From: Eledone cirrhosa
Lineage: Eukaryota
Direction of reading: 5' to 3'
Assembly: GCA_964016885.1 (NCBI GenBank)
Contig: OZ024743.1
Span: forward strand, 58,156,001 to 58,220,000
Length of the DNA stretch: 64,000 nucleotides
Part shown: positions 27,483-41,826 of the stretch, one piece after another
Layout of the letters: each line of letters begins with the position of its first letter
How positions within the stretch are numbered: position 1 is the stretch's first letter
Position numbers and translations under genes: made by a program
The notes under the pieces: generated by a model
The model's database searches: none
What the model was told of the DNA's origin: nothing
What the model saw: the letters and a program-made list of their open reading frames with translations, nothing else

Positions 27483-27683
27483 ATGGATGCAGAAGAGTTC
27501 CAGGTTGCCAGTCAACAGATGATCAAATTCGTGGCTGATTATCTAGAAAATATTAGGGAACGACGTGTGATTCCTGATATAAAGCCCGGATTCATGAGAC
27601 CACTTATACCCGACCACGCACCACAAGATCCAGAAAAATGGGAAGATTTATTTAAAGATATTGAACGTGTTATCATGCCAGGG
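27483..27683 (+). CDS. DDC: aromatic L-amino acid (DOPA) decarboxylase family, coding exon 1
   Basis: MDAEEF...MIKFVADYLENIRERRVIPDIKPGFMRPLIPDHAPQDPEKWEDLFKDIERVIMPG; 201 nt; donor gtaagt. Confidence 0.95.
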
Positions 27684-28008
27684 GTAAGTGAAGTTGGTTT
27701 ATTGAATGTTACAAAAGTAACATCATTGCAATCACTCAACATAACAAACGAAAAAACATTACTTTGCCTTTCATCCTTACGGGGTCGATAAAATAAAGTA
27801 CCAGTAATGCACTGGATAATTGCTGGCCTTGTGTCTAAAGTAGAAACAATTATTATAATGCCGCTTATTCTATTTATTTTGGTTTTAGATCAGTGTGTTT
27901 TTAATTTAAATGCCACCAATGTCGACTTTGACATCTACCTTTTCGTCGTCGATAATTATTTTACTAGTCCAGTACTGGAATAATTTCCTCCTCCTCCTCC
28001 TCCTCCTC

Positions 28009-28110
<102 letters not shown>

Positions 28111-28388
28111 CTCCCTCTCTCTCTCCCCATTTCTTCCCCTATTCCGTTCTCTCTCACTCTCCCTGGAAGAAATCGGCTGTGCCCCGATCTGGAGATGGAA
28201 GGACTCCACCAAATTATAAAATGCTCAAGACTTACCGCGTGTCAGGACAGCACCCCTACCACTCCATCAGATCATAAGGACCTTTTACAATTGTTTTATA
28301 TATAAACAAATATACAATTATACATTGCTGTACAACTAAACAAGGATTCATATGTGGTATACATCACGTCGTGGATAAATATAATAAA

Positions 28389-28992
28389 TAATTGTTTCTA
28401 TTTTAGGCACAAGGCCAGTAATTACCCAGTACATTACTGGTACTTTATTTTATCGACCCCGTAAGGATGAAAGGCAAAGTTAACCTCGACGGGATTTGAA
28501 CTCAGATCGTAAAGGGACGTAACTATGCTGGAAAGCATGTCCGACGCTCTACTGATACTGCCAAATCACCGCCCTAAATATAATAAATAATTGTTTCTAC
28601 TTTAGGCACAAGGCCAGCAATTACCCAGTGCAATACTGGTACTTTATTTTATCGACCTCGTAAGGATGAAAGGCAAAGTCAACCTCGGCGGGATTTGAAC
28701 TCAGATCGTAAAGGGACGTAACTATGCTGGAAAGCATGGCGTCCGAGCCTCTACTGATACTGCCAATCCACCGCCCTAAATATAATAAATAATGGTTACT
28801 AATTCAGCCGCAACTATTTTGGGGGAAGGGAATGTCGCTTATGTTGATCCCAGTGCGTTAAAGGTACTTTAATTTATCGATCCCGAAAGGATGAAAGGCA
28901 AAGCTAGCCTCTGCGGGATTTGTACTCAGAACGTAAAGAAACGAAATTATATGCTGCGAAGTATATTGTCCAACGCTCTACCAATCCACCGA
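28389..28992 (-). mobile_element. tandem tRNA-derived SINEs (two young copies and one older copy)
   Basis: Reverse complement of the 9757 unit, with the spacer taaatataataaataat repeated three times. Confidence 0.88.
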
Positions 28993-29196
28993 GCTTTAAA
29001 AAGAAATAAAATAATAAAAAAATGACCTTCATCAACAAGCATTGAACTGTCATGGGTTGTTTCCCTGCTGAGCTCCTAAACGTTACGGGGTATCGAGATA
29101 GGTGGCCTGATCGATTTGAAAACATCCCTGCAAGCTTGACTAAATGTTGATGGTCAGTAAGTAAACGAACATGTCTACCTAAAATTATGATATCTC

Positions 29197-30424
29197 TCAG
29201 TGAGAATTATGTATGCCTATTATACATAAATATCCTATATGCCTTCATATACACGATGCTCCCAATTAGAAATATTCTTCATAAATTATTACTAATGTTA
29301 GTTTTATTATCATCTGATATCACTGTTAGTGTGGGGCACGGTAGAATTATAATATCCCCCAGCTGAAAATACAGTGAGAATTATGTATGTCTATTATTGT
29401 ACATAAATATCGTATATGCCTTCATATACATGATGCTCATGATTAGAAGTATTCTTTATAAATTACTAGCAGTGGAGCCCAGCGTTGCATGGGATTGGAA
29501 AAATTAAACTTCAAAAGTGTAGTAAAACGTATAAATAAAAAAATCAAATATGATTGTGAGTTGCGCACATGGACCGGAAACATAGGTTGTAGTTTGTGCC
29601 CTACTTCTTTGGTGAAAAAAAAAACCCCAGTAACACCCGGTGTTATTTGCTAACCGGTGCGGGGACTTTTTCAATAGATGTGTTCTGGTTATTTTTTACC
29701 AATTAAGCTTTTCCTGGTACAACCGGTGTCTTATGAAATGGGCCCTTTATACTAAAAATCTGTGCATCACGTTCTATGCCAGTGGGAAAAAAATCGATAA
29801 ACCCTCATGGACCAAGCAGTAACCCATGCAATTGAGGTGGCCGTTTGAGTTGATTTCCCGCTGCTAGGGGCTACAGTAGGCAGAACAATTAAAATCTTAT
29901 GAGTAAAAAATATTAAAAGTAACACAATGCATAATTGGTCCAAACTTGAATAAAATGGGCCGCAAACTGTAAAAGTTATACTTTTTTTAATTTAGTTTTT
30001 CTCACATAAGATAAAAACTCGAAAATTCGGTCAGTCTAAAATAATGTTTGGTACATGAGACATAGTTGTTCCAAATTTGAAGGAAATCGGTCTCAAACGG
30101 TCGGCGTTATAACGATCCGAATTTTTTCGATTCGTTTTGTCTTGTCCAGGGGTTGCACTAAACAAAATGTTATGAGTCCAAAATAAAGGCGGGAACATAA
30201 TGCATGTTTGTTCCAAATTTAAAGGAAATTGAATGTAAACTGTAGAAGTTATTGATAAAAATGATATTTTAAAGTCGGTTTTCTCTTATAGAGGGCGCAA
30301 TAGATACACATTTGAAAATGTACAGAGTTCGTATGAAGCTCAGTTGCATAACACATGTTTGTGCCAAATTTGAAGAAAATCGGTTGCAAGTTATAGACGT
30401 TATGCGGAAACACACACACACACT

Positions 30425-30485
<61 letters not shown>

Positions 30486-30555
30486 TCTTATATAGATTAC
30501 TAATGTTAGTTTTATTATTATCTGTTATCACTGTTAGTGTGGGACATGGTAGAAT
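29197..30555. repeat. local ~150-bp direct duplication whose second copy is split by the Helitron
   Basis: 29197-29348 matches 29372-29465 joined to 30497-30555. Confidence 0.85.
29466..30496 (-). mobile_element. non-autonomous Helitron (1031 bp)
   Basis: On the minus strand it starts TC and ends CTAG, with subterminal hairpin cccagcgttgcatggg (29478-29493). It is inserted between A and T with no TSD, and the empty site is visible in the duplicate at ~29288. Confidence 0.88.
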
Positions 30556-30839
30556 GCCAGGCAAAATCATCTGTAACATTTAGACACACTCGGAGGGCGA
30601 TAAAATCAGCATCGATCAATATTGTTGTCAATATCATCAACTAAAAGCCTTCATAATTTATCTATACTTATTGGAGTTATAAAGATATTTCAAAAAGATC
30701 ATTTGAATGAAGATATATTTCAGGAACCTGATTTCTATTGATGATAGATTTCCAGTCGGTTAATTACTATACCACCATTTTGTTGCTATTGTCACTGTAT
30801 ACTATCATTGTGCTATTTTATTATGTATTATATTTGTAG

Positions 30840-30953
30840 GTTACTCACTGGCAACATCCAAAATTCTTCGCTTATTTTCCTACTGGCTGTTCTTACGCTT
30901 CTATTGTTGCTGATATACTCTCTGATGCCATCGCATGTATTGGATTCAGTTGG
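30840..30953 (+). CDS. DDC: DDC-family coding exon 2
   Basis: ag|[38 protein letters not shown]|gt; 114 nt. Confidence 0.95.
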
Positions 30954-32047
30954 GTAAAGTACCACATTAACTAACTATACATTCAAAATATATGTAACTG
31001 TTACTACAAAGTGGAAAACATTCTAGCAGTCGCTTTTTAAATTATTGAATTTTTCTTTTCTGTAGGCTGATGTCTGTTCACAAAACAGGTAATGAGGAGT
31101 CATAGAGAATTGATGTTCTCGGGAGCCAGGATTAACTGAACTGTCTGGCGGTATGTGAGCAAAGCGAAACTAGATATACAGCAGAGAAAATGTGGTGGTT
31201 TCCTCACAGATGTTCTGAATTTACCACGTCAGTGTAGTTGGAGGTTGTGGTAAAACACACTTGGGAAAGAGGTCACCAAACGTGAGAGCCACGTAAGAGA
31301 TAGGTGAACGTTCTGACTGCTTGAAAGAAAATATTTACAGAAATTAACTGGGGCAAACACATTGACAAGCGCAAACATTCGTCCAGTTATGTTGATTTTG
31401 TAGAAATGCAACATTAAAATCACACGGAAAGACGTCAGATCATAGAAAATTGAGGGGAATGACCTCCAATTAAAAGTAATAGTATAGCTGCTGTTGAATT
31501 GAGACGAATGACCTCGAACGAAAAGTTAAAGTACATCTGCTGTTGATTGCAAAAATTCAGAAATATGTACAAACTTCAGAGTACCTTGGTAGTATGGTGA
31601 AATGATATTTTAGATCATCGATGCCTTCATGAAATTCCTCATCTGCCATCGACCACAGACATGTGCAAATAGATTATATTGACTATAAATGCAATTAATA
31701 TTATATATATCAGAAATGTATATAAGTAAGTGGTATTTATATTTCTTTCGCAAATGTTTAATCGACTGCTTTGGTTGTTCCATCGACCTTTGAAGATCGA
31801 TATAGACTCCTATGGGCACCGTTACCTTAGAGCCAGAGTTAATAAATGTTACTGACATCCAAATGACAGACGGAAATAATTGAGTTAGTATATTCTACGT
31901 CAGCATAAACGCATCTTTTCCATGTTGTAGTCTAGAGAACATATTTGGGATAGATATGTAATTGTAAACAAAAGGTAGATCTTATTCATGCGAACATGAT
32001 AAATGAACGAATATATTTCAATAAAGTATTTTTTATTTACTTTCTAG

Positions 32048-32167
32048 GCATCGTGTCCTTCCTGCACCGAGTTAGAAGTGATCGTTTTAGACTGGCTAGC
32101 AAAAGCATTGAAGCTTCCTGATTGTTTTCTCTCCACTTCCGACGGGCCAGGTGGCGCTGTCATACAG
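32048..32167 (+). CDS. DDC: DDC-family coding exon 3
   Basis: ag|[40 protein letters not shown]|gt; 120 nt. Confidence 0.95.
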
Positions 32168-34209
32168 GTGTGTTTCTGTGTATTGATACTTTTTAGATTT
32201 GATTCACTACATTCCCTTTTCCTACAACATGTGAGTGAAATCGTCTCCTCTGATGGTTAGGGGGACAAAAAGGCCGAATACATGAGCATGAAATGACGGT
32301 TGACATAATGAATAGATGTATCACGGTATACTCCTATATTTTACCGGCGAAGTTTCGAAACCGAATCTGAGGTTTCTCGCATCTGAGACCACCCATTATA
32401 GGAGATTTCTCACCATTGTCATTTCAAGTCAACGATGATAAACGTACATACCACTTGACCTCTATCCCAGCTTCCTGGGATACGATATCCACAGGGCTGA
32501 TCATAAATCAACCTCATATACACATCCTTCTAACTTTAGCATTATTATAAATACAAGGAGTTAAGGAATCTAGAGGAAGAGAGACCGAAGCAAGCAGTCC
32601 GTGTTAAGGTTCACGATGTAGCAGACCTTTCACTCTATCTCTCTTTTGGCCCTTACTGGTTGTCACCTTCTCGGCCACAGACACAGCCAGCCATGCCTGC
32701 CTCACAGATTGACCACTACTACTACGACAATAATGTATTCTAAGAATAGGCACACACGCACACACACCTAGTAAGTTCATATTGTTTACATTCTACGCTC
32801 ACCCTATTCTTCCTGTCATATTGTATCCGTAAGACACAACACAACTTTACCATATCGTTTTTTGTGATACATGCATTTACGCTAACTCGTAGAAGTTAGT
32901 CAGTAACTTAATGTAGGGATAATTATTGTCATAAATATTATTACTCGATGTTCAAAGTGAATATTATAAAATAAACGTTGTTAACAACTCAATCATGGCA
33001 TTATTCTTTTCATCAAAAGACCCATCAAAAAAATACCACTTATCCGCTACAGATGCATGCAAACATTCACACTAGTCTAAATTTCGATTATAACGCCAAT
33101 AATAATTATACGGTTCTGTCAAAAGGTGTATTGTCGTTTTGATCTCGTTACCATTACCAAAGTTTCAATGAAGAGAGTACTATGCATACTCCAACAGGCA
33201 GATGTACTGTATAGCAGTTAGTTTTGAGGAAAGGGTACCACATGCTTTCATATTCAAATAGATTATATAACAGATAATATTGAGACAGTAGCATACTTGT
33301 CAACAAAAACTGATAGAATATAAAGCAGTTAATTTGCCGCGTGTATTTGGTTTAGAATATGAACCTCATACATTTGCATTTCATAAGAAGTAAATAACGG
33401 GTTTGTGTCGTGAAGGGCACCCGGCTGTAAAACCTTCCTCCAAATGTCCCATTTAGCCCAAGCCATCAACGATAATTCGACGTAAAAAAGTTGATGGTGA
33501 TGATGTTCATGATGAAGATAGAGACATGGTGTACCACACATATTCACAGTTGTATTAGATAAGAATTAATAGTGAGGTACATTGTACCATACGTACATTC
33601 GTAGTCATGTTATATAATAGATAATATTGAGGGAGAGTGTAGCATATACTCTAAAATAGATTATATAACATGCAATTTAGTGACATAGAGTACCATACAT
33701 TCACAGATGGATCAAATAAAAGTTAATATTGAGGCAGAGTGTACTCCAACTCAAGTCAATTATTTTATGTCGGTTTGAGTGGTATAAATAACGTTGGATC
33801 TTTTTCGGTTTCGACGATAGGGGTTCCAGGTTTTCGATCAATGGACAGCTGGCCCATGAAAATAATGTGTAAGTGTCTGAACGTTCCACAGATACCTGTA
33901 TTTCATCCCACAGACATATGTGTCCCGGAGAGATATTCAGTGTGACACAGTTTGAGACAAGGATGCTCCTTTAGAGTACAACTACATTTCATTCGACAGT
34001 CTTCCGAAAAATTTCAGTCTACCTAATTCCATTCCCAGTGCATAGGTCAAGCGGAGGCTATGTTAAATGACACTTGGCCAAGATGCCACGCAGCTGGATC
34101 AAACCCAGAATCTTATGATTTCGAAGCGATCCTCGTAACCATTACACATATAAATATATATTACATGTATATGTATGTTATAACACTTATATGTATGATA
34201 TTTCTGTAG

Positions 34210-34344
34210 GGTACCGCTAGTGAAGCTACCCTTGTGGCAGTTCTCTCTGCCAGAACAAAATTTCTTCGACAAATCAAAGCAGAAAATCCTGGCATGGAAG
34301 ATGGAGTAGCACTAACAAAACTGGTGGCTTATAATTCAAAACAA
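34210..34344 (+). CDS. DDC: DDC-family coding exon 4
   Basis: ag|GTASEATLVAVLSARTKFLRQIKAENPGMEDGVALTKLVAYNSKQ|gtaagt; 135 nt. Confidence 0.95.
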
Positions 34345-34571
34345 GTAAGTGAAACTATTTTTTCTTAATGTATAGCCAGAGGGAGTACAGCAAGTTTTTC
34401 TTACAATGACAAACAACTAAATGATCTTTAAACAATAGGCGTGTTATAATGTATTTGAAAAGCTTGATATTATCAATTCAACATATAGCAGTGTGTTGAA
34501 CTTCCGTAGTTTCCGACGATGGGTGTTCCAGTTATCTAAACAGAACAACCTGCTCGTAAAATTACGTGCTC

Positions 34572-34803
34572 TTTGGTCTCGAGTAATCGCCCGCACCACC
34601 GATTAATAATTTTCAGATTCTCCCCCTCCGCTATTATTCCAACCCACCAACCCCCCCACCTAGCTTATTTTGCTAATCGATCCCTGTGATTAAAAAAAAA
34701 ATCAACGGAGACAACCAAGAAAAATTACCGATTTTCCATCCCCACCCGCTTATTCCACCCCCCGCTTATTACACTCTCCCCTATTTTTTAGGACCCGAGA
34801 GTA
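34572..34803. mobile_element. MITE-like repeat; related copy at 55911-56140
   Basis: Shared ggtctcga.taatcg.cc and aaaatcaacggag.caa...gaaaaattaccgat segments, with imperfect terminal inverted repeats. Confidence 0.55.
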
Positions 34804-35027
34804 CAAGCAGTTAAGCATTCAACAGACATACTGTATTTCTCTATCGGTGACAAAATTGATCCTTTGAATTACAAGTTCAAATCATGTCTTGTGCTCAAGG
34901 ACACAATGCGCTGCTTGTAAAAGACCTCATGACCTTTCGATTGTGAGCCAAACGGATCTATCACTACGCCACACACTGTGATTAGAATTTGTTATACAGA
35001 AAGTGAAGTAGCTCGTCTTACACACAC

Positions 35028-35113
<86 letters not shown>

Positions 35114-35642
35114 CAAAAATATATAGATATATAGCGATTGCTTTGATTGCAATTAACGCAGGGGTTCATAGGAATATATATATATATATATATTGTAATG
35201 CCACGCACCAATTATCTTATATAACGACCCCCATATGGCATAACTGCTCAGGGGTTTCAAACCTTTCATTGGCAAAACATGAGTTTGTCTCTCCGAAGCA
35301 CAAGCCTGTATAGAGTGTTTTGTGGCAGGCCATCAATCACGTATAAATACAATGATCCTCTCTCCACGACACCGTCGTTTTTCATAGGAAAGTCACATGC
35401 TGATAACAGCTTGGTGGCAGTGTTTTCATAATTTTTTTTATTCTACCTAAGTGGAGCGGAGCAACATGCAATAGAGTATCTTGTTCACTCAAAGACACAG
35501 TGCACCACCCAGTTTGGAAATAAAATTTACGACATACGATTCTGAGCTTAATGCACAATCCACAAAGCCACGCATCTTTACACCAGTGTTTATCAAGTAT
35601 TACATATGACATCAATTTAAATCCTTGCTTGTTATGTTTCAG

Positions 35643-35786
35643 TCTCATTCTTCCGTTGAGAGAGCCTTCCTAATTGCTTTAGTAAAACACCGTAGTCTAG
35701 AAGCTGATGACAAGCATTCCCTGAGAGGAGAGACATTAAGAAAAGCTATCAAGGAAGACAAGGCTAAAGGCCTGATCCCATTTTTT
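35643..35786 (+). CDS. DDC: DDC-family coding exon 5 (PLP-stacking His192)
   Basis: ag|SHSSVERAFLIALVKHRSLEADDKHSLRGETLRKAIKEDKAKGLIPFF|gtaagt; 144 nt. Confidence 0.95.
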
Positions 35787-37083
35787 GTAAGTTCTCTTTC
35801 TCATATTTGCCTTGATTGTATTTTGTGGTAGCAATTATTACATTTTAAGTCATCTAAAAATAATTTGCGCCCTTAGAGAGCACGAATGACCATGGGGTTT
35901 AAATATTAGGCGAAGATGATTTAAATCTTGTCATCGTGACTGTATTAATTAACTGTATTCCACCAAGATGTATGCAAGCTAGACCAGAATGAGGCCAAAT
36001 GGGCCATTGTATTTAGGCCTAAAATTTTGCGGAGTCCTACTTCCTCAAATAATAGTTCTTTTATTCTCATCTGTTAATTGTAAGTACATCATATATATTA
36101 TATTTATATACATAACCCATACACATTTCAAATGTATTTAAGACTGATTACTAACATACATAATGAACAGTGTAAATTGGGGTCTGATATTTCACATCTG
36201 ACTCTGCCTATTATCAGCTTCGAGTTCCTACATTTTACAATTTTACATATGTCCTAGTCTTACTACTTGTTTTAGGCTCTAAAGCATGTCGTAGAGTAAA
36301 GGTCATCCTGCCCGTTTGGCATTCTGAAAGGCACACCTAATTTTAAAATTGCCTTGAAGATTTTAGTATTGCAGCTCACGTTATGATTAGCCATATTCTA
36401 TGCGGTCCGCTGCTCGAGAAGCCCATACCTGCTTTAGGCCTATATTTTACATCTAATCTGGGCCTACTATCAGCTTTGCAGGGACTTGGATCTATGTAGG
36501 CAATGCAGAGGATTGACTGCACGTTGTATCCAGTGGTGGCACCAAGAAATTGATAGGGTTTTCATTGGTTTGCCGTGCAGTGTTTAATTAGTTACATAAG
36601 ATAATGCACTTGCAACATACAGCATTTAGTCAAGTGAATATTTGTCTCTTATCCGCCTGACAACAGAGACACAGGCCATTAGCATTACTTTATTCTATCT
36701 TTTGATTCGGGATAAGAGAAATATTATATAGAAATGATGTGCCATTCAGTCAGAGAATTGGAACAATGATCTTACTAGCGTGAGCAAAATTATCTAACAA
36801 CGAAGTTGCGTGCAAATTATGTTGGCAGGGTCTCCTACCGTCTCTGATATCCCAGAAATCATGAACGGTCTGCTATAAATTTCTCTCATCACAGTTCTGG
36901 TAGCGTGAGAGGGAAATAATATGAGGCAGAAAATGGGACCCCTCTAGTTGATGGGCATTATATTCACCCCAAAGCAATGAAATACAAATACGGGTTTTAA
37001 TTAGGACATGAGATCCTCTCCAACTTAGTAATGGATTTCTCTATCTTATCGGCATCACACTGTGAAGATGGAAGTAATAGTTT

Positions 37084-37277
37084 CAGACCTGTCATCTCTC
37101 CTGTCCAACGAGGAGATTTCCCACTCACTTTGGGGTGAGTGAGAGATGTCTTCTTTTGTGAAAATGGGTCTAGCTTTCATTATGTAAAATATCCCCATTT
37201 TGCCTCATTTCTCCCCGTTTTGGGGCCATCTTTTTCATGGTAGTCCCATTTTGAGTGTTTAAAGGTTGGCAGGTCTG
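37084..37277. mobile_element. ~195-bp MITE with CAGACCTG(C/T)CAAC-type TIRs; copies at 55315-55507 and 57296-57608 (the latter interrupted by a SINE)
   Basis: cagacctgtca...gttggcaggtctg ends and a shared internal ctcccacccactttggggtgggtgag. Confidence 0.75.
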
Positions 37278-37312
37278 CAGTCAACTTTAACAATTGTCTT
37301 TTTAACTTTCAG

Positions 37313-37379
37313 GTGTGTGGTACATTAGGTACAACTTCAACTTTAGCCTTTGATAATATTGAAGAACTTGGTCTCGTAT
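37313..37379 (+). CDS. DDC: DDC-family coding exon 6
   Basis: ag|VCGTLGTTSTLAFDNIEELGLV(C)|gtaagt; 67 nt; ends in phase 1. Confidence 0.93.
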
Positions 37380-38039
37380 GTAAGTATGACTAGACTCAAC
37401 TCAATTACTATAACATACATATAGAAAAGGGTAGGAAAATAGTCAATGTTTTTTTCATTGATGCGAATGCTTGGGAACAAACACTGAGGCATTTAATCCG
37501 ATGCTCTAACAACTATACCACGTCACGGCTAGTGGTTGTGGTGTACTCCTGAAATCCAGTTGTTATGAAGGTTGATTAAAAATGGGTGACCTGGTGGTCT
37601 GATATATATGGTGAACGGGTGTGTACACAAAACTCAGCCTCAGTATGTAAATTTCATTTAATTTTTTAGTCCGAGAAGGAAACGAAGAGCTCATGGACCT
37701 CCACTATTGATGGGTCTGGTCCAAATGCATGCAACAGAGCTGATTCAGATAAAGTACCAAGGCTAAGATGTTGGTGCTAACCCAGGAGACGTATTAAGCC
37801 AAGTTGGCCACAGAAGCATTTGAATATAGAACACAAAGAAGCAGACTAAATAAAGCAAGACAACTCGTCTGGGGCTCTAACAGTTTAGACCATCCTTAGT
37901 CCTAGAAAGCACAGAATCGGAACAAATACCGCAAGGGATATTGCTCAACACTGTTATGACGCCGACGATTACGTACATACATTTAATGTTAGCTATCTCG
38001 AGAAATATGTCTATATATCACGTATCGTATTGAAGGCAT

Positions 38040-38463
38040 GTGCGCTACATTATCTGTATGATGTGGAAAATATTCCATCAGCTTTGCCCAAATGATGTTG
38101 GCATCACCTTTAGTGTACAGCCAAGGCTTGGGCCCCGAGCTATCCGCCCACGACAAAAATCTCACTCGCATCACATAACAACAATACGGCACAATTATTT
38201 CACCTCAATTGGCCCTGCACTCTTTAACATTACACCAAAACAGATCAAAGCATAGATAGAACCCATCAAGTTCAAGAAGTCTTTGGATAAATTCCTTCAA
38301 GAAATCCCGGATAAGCCTCTTACACCCGGATATGACTCCGTAAACAATAACCCTCTGCTCGAGTGGGCCATGGTGCCCAAACGGTGATATGTAAGACTTC
38401 GCCAGATGGTGCTATTAAGTTAGACCTGGCCTGGGAAAATACTGGCCGAAACCTATCAAAGTT
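38040..38463 (+). mobile_element. 3' fragment of the same CR1-group LINE family as 18680-20098
   Basis: [21 protein letters not shown]...[18 protein letters not shown] and a matching 3'UTR ending in (TA)n. Confidence 0.88.
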
Positions 38464-38480
38464 ATATATATATATATATA

Positions 38481-38535
<55 letters not shown>

Positions 38536-38851
38536 TAAAAGGAAAAGAAAATGCTGACAAATTGTTCCCAGTGAAAAATAGTTTAATTAGGAATAAGTAA
38601 AAATTAGTAATAGTATTGGCTAGTATTCAGTTTTGGTTTTAAGTTTTACCGGTTGCGCATTTCTAATGCCTTTCAAAAATAATTTTGAGATAGAGCGCCC
38701 GTAATATTGGCTCTAATCTGATTAGTTTTGGAAATTCTACCTTTTTATGTAAAAAAAAGTGGCTCCAGATGTATGAAAAAATTCTTGTGGTCAAAACAAT
38801 TTTGATTGGTCGGTGGAGGTCATGTGAATGTTAAAAATTGATTTTGCGCCA

Positions 38852-38940
38852 AATATATAATATAAATATATATATAATATGTATATATATATATATATTA
38901 TATATATATATATATTATATATATATATAATATATATATA

Positions 38941-39012
<72 letters not shown>

Positions 39013-39168
39013 ATATATATATAATATATATATATATATATTATATATATATATATAATATATATAAATATTATATATATATATATTTATATATAATATA
39101 TATATATATATTATATATAAATATATATATATATTGTATATATATATATATATAAATTGTATATATAT

Positions 39169-39246
<78 letters not shown>

Positions 39247-39255
39247 TATATTTAT

Positions 39256-39300
<45 letters not shown>

Positions 39301-39310
39301 TATATATATG

Positions 39311-39342
<32 letters not shown>

Positions 39343-39350
39343 TATATATG

Positions 39351-39382
<32 letters not shown>

Positions 39383-39694
39383 TATATATATTATATATAT
39401 TATATATATAATATATATATATATATATATTTTATATATTATATATATAATATATATATATATTATATATATAATATATATATATATATTAACTATATAT
39501 ATATATTATATATATAATATATATATATATATTATATATATATATTATATATATAATATATATATATATATATTATATATATAATATATATAATATATAT
39601 ATATATCTAATATATATTATATATATATATATATTATAATTATATATTATATATATATAATATATATAACATATACATATATATATATTATAAA

Positions 39695-39735
<41 letters not shown>

Positions 39736-39781
39736 TTATATATATATTATATATACATATATATATTATATATATATATAT

Positions 39782-39812
<31 letters not shown>

Positions 39813-40011
39813 ATTATATATTTATATATATATATTATATATATTTATATATATATATATTATATATTTATATATATATATATATTATATATTTAAATAT
39901 ATATATATTATATATTTAAATATATATATATTATATATTTATATATATATATATTATATATTTATTTATATATATATTATATATATATATATATATTATA
40001 TATATATATAT
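38852..40011. repeat. ~1.15-kb imperfect (TA)n tract (others at 17862-18680, 40309-40740, 45010-45345, 50582-51045 and 52572-53070)
   Basis: Read directly from the sequence. Confidence 0.95.
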
Positions 40012-40135
40012 CCTGCCGAGTTTGACTTTGCCTTTCATCCTTACGGGGTCGATAAAATAAAGTACCAGTGATGCACTGGGTAATTGCTGGCCGTGTGCCT
40101 AAAGTAGAAACAATTATATATATTTTATAGAAGGA

Positions 40136-40234
40136 GCTTCTACAGGACTAGTACTGTTTCATTCAGATGAAATCTTCAGGAAGCTGCTTCCTGAAGATTT
40201 CATCTGAATGAAACAGTACTAGTCCTGTAGAAGC
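40136..40234. ncRNA. two back-to-back intact hammerheads (- strand 40136-40184; + strand 40186-40234) in palindrome 40126-40244
   Basis: gcttc-CTGAAGA-t-ttca(tc)tgaa-t-GAAA-cag(tactagtc)ctg-TA/gaagc on both strands. Confidence 0.85.
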
Positions 40235-40318
40235 TCCTTCTATGAAATAAAAAATGTTTACTCTGCCATGTATTGAGTACCTTACTTACTGTGGTTATCC
40301 CCGACTCAATATATATAT

Positions 40319-40351
<33 letters not shown>

Positions 40352-40740
40352 ATATATATATATATTATATATATATATATTATATATATATATTATATAT
40401 ATATATATTATATATATTATATATATATATTATATATATATATATTATATATATATATTGTATATATATATATTATATATATATATTATATATATATTAT
40501 ATATATATATATTATATATATATATTATATATATATATATATTATATATATATATATTATATATATATATATATTATATATATATATATATATTATATAT
40601 ATATATATATATTATATATATATATATTATAAATATATATTATATATATATATTATATATATATATTATATATATATATATTATATATATATATATTATA
40701 TATATATATTATATATATATATTATATATATATATAATAA

Positions 40741-41400
40741 ATGGAATAGAATGAAACGAAATTTCATTTCGCACTCTTAGTACGGCACTTACTTAAATGT
40801 AAGTATGTATGTATGTATACTTACATACATATATGTATACAGACGTACAGTATTATGTATATATATACATACATGCACACGTATATATATGTACGTATGG
40901 ATTTACCGAACATTTATTATAATACTCGGTGTGTTTGTAAACAAACATCCTGAATTAAGCCGTACACTGTTTAGCAAGCATCGTTGCTCTTTTGTTCAAC
41001 ACTCATTATAGAACGATGTACTAGTTTCAAGCTATCGTAAGCATCGTATACCTTCCTGCCAGATGGTTGAACGTCTGAAAGTATATACTTTCCTTATGCA
41101 TATTAACGGTTGAGCAGCCTAATTTGCATATCGATTGAGTTCAGTCGTTGACGTGTTTGCCTAAACACTGTACGGCGTAATTCGGGCTGTTTGTTTGTTT
41201 ACAATCGAACAAACCGAGCATTATAGTAAATGTTCTGTAAACCGATACGTGCATATATATGCGTACATGTATGTATATATATACATACTAATGTACGTCT
41301 GTATACATATATGTATGTACGTATACATACATAAATATTTACCTTTAAGTAAGTGCCGTATTAAGAGTGAGAAATGCAATTTCGTTTCATTCTATTCCAT
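40741..41400. mobile_element. fold-back/MITE with ~230-bp imperfect TIRs inserted in (TA)n; second copy at 60069-60677
   Basis: Ends atggaatagaatgaaacgaaat...atttcgtttcattctattccat. The internal segment is shared in reverse orientation with 60354-60450. Confidence 0.8.
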
Positions 41401-41401
41401 T

Positions 41402-41737
<336 letters not shown>

Positions 41738-41781
41738 AAAGAACACAAGAGCGTATACAACATCAAACATTTTTTTTACTG

Positions 41782-41826
41782 GCTTACAATGTTTCTTTCT
41801 TACGTAACCGTAGGATTCTTCAGAGC
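41782..41826 (-). ncRNA. minimal type I hammerhead at the end of a decayed PLE-like region (~41735-43690)
   Basis: gct-CTGAAGA-a-tcctacg(gtta)cgtaaga-aa-GAAA-cattg-TA/agc. Confidence 0.6.
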
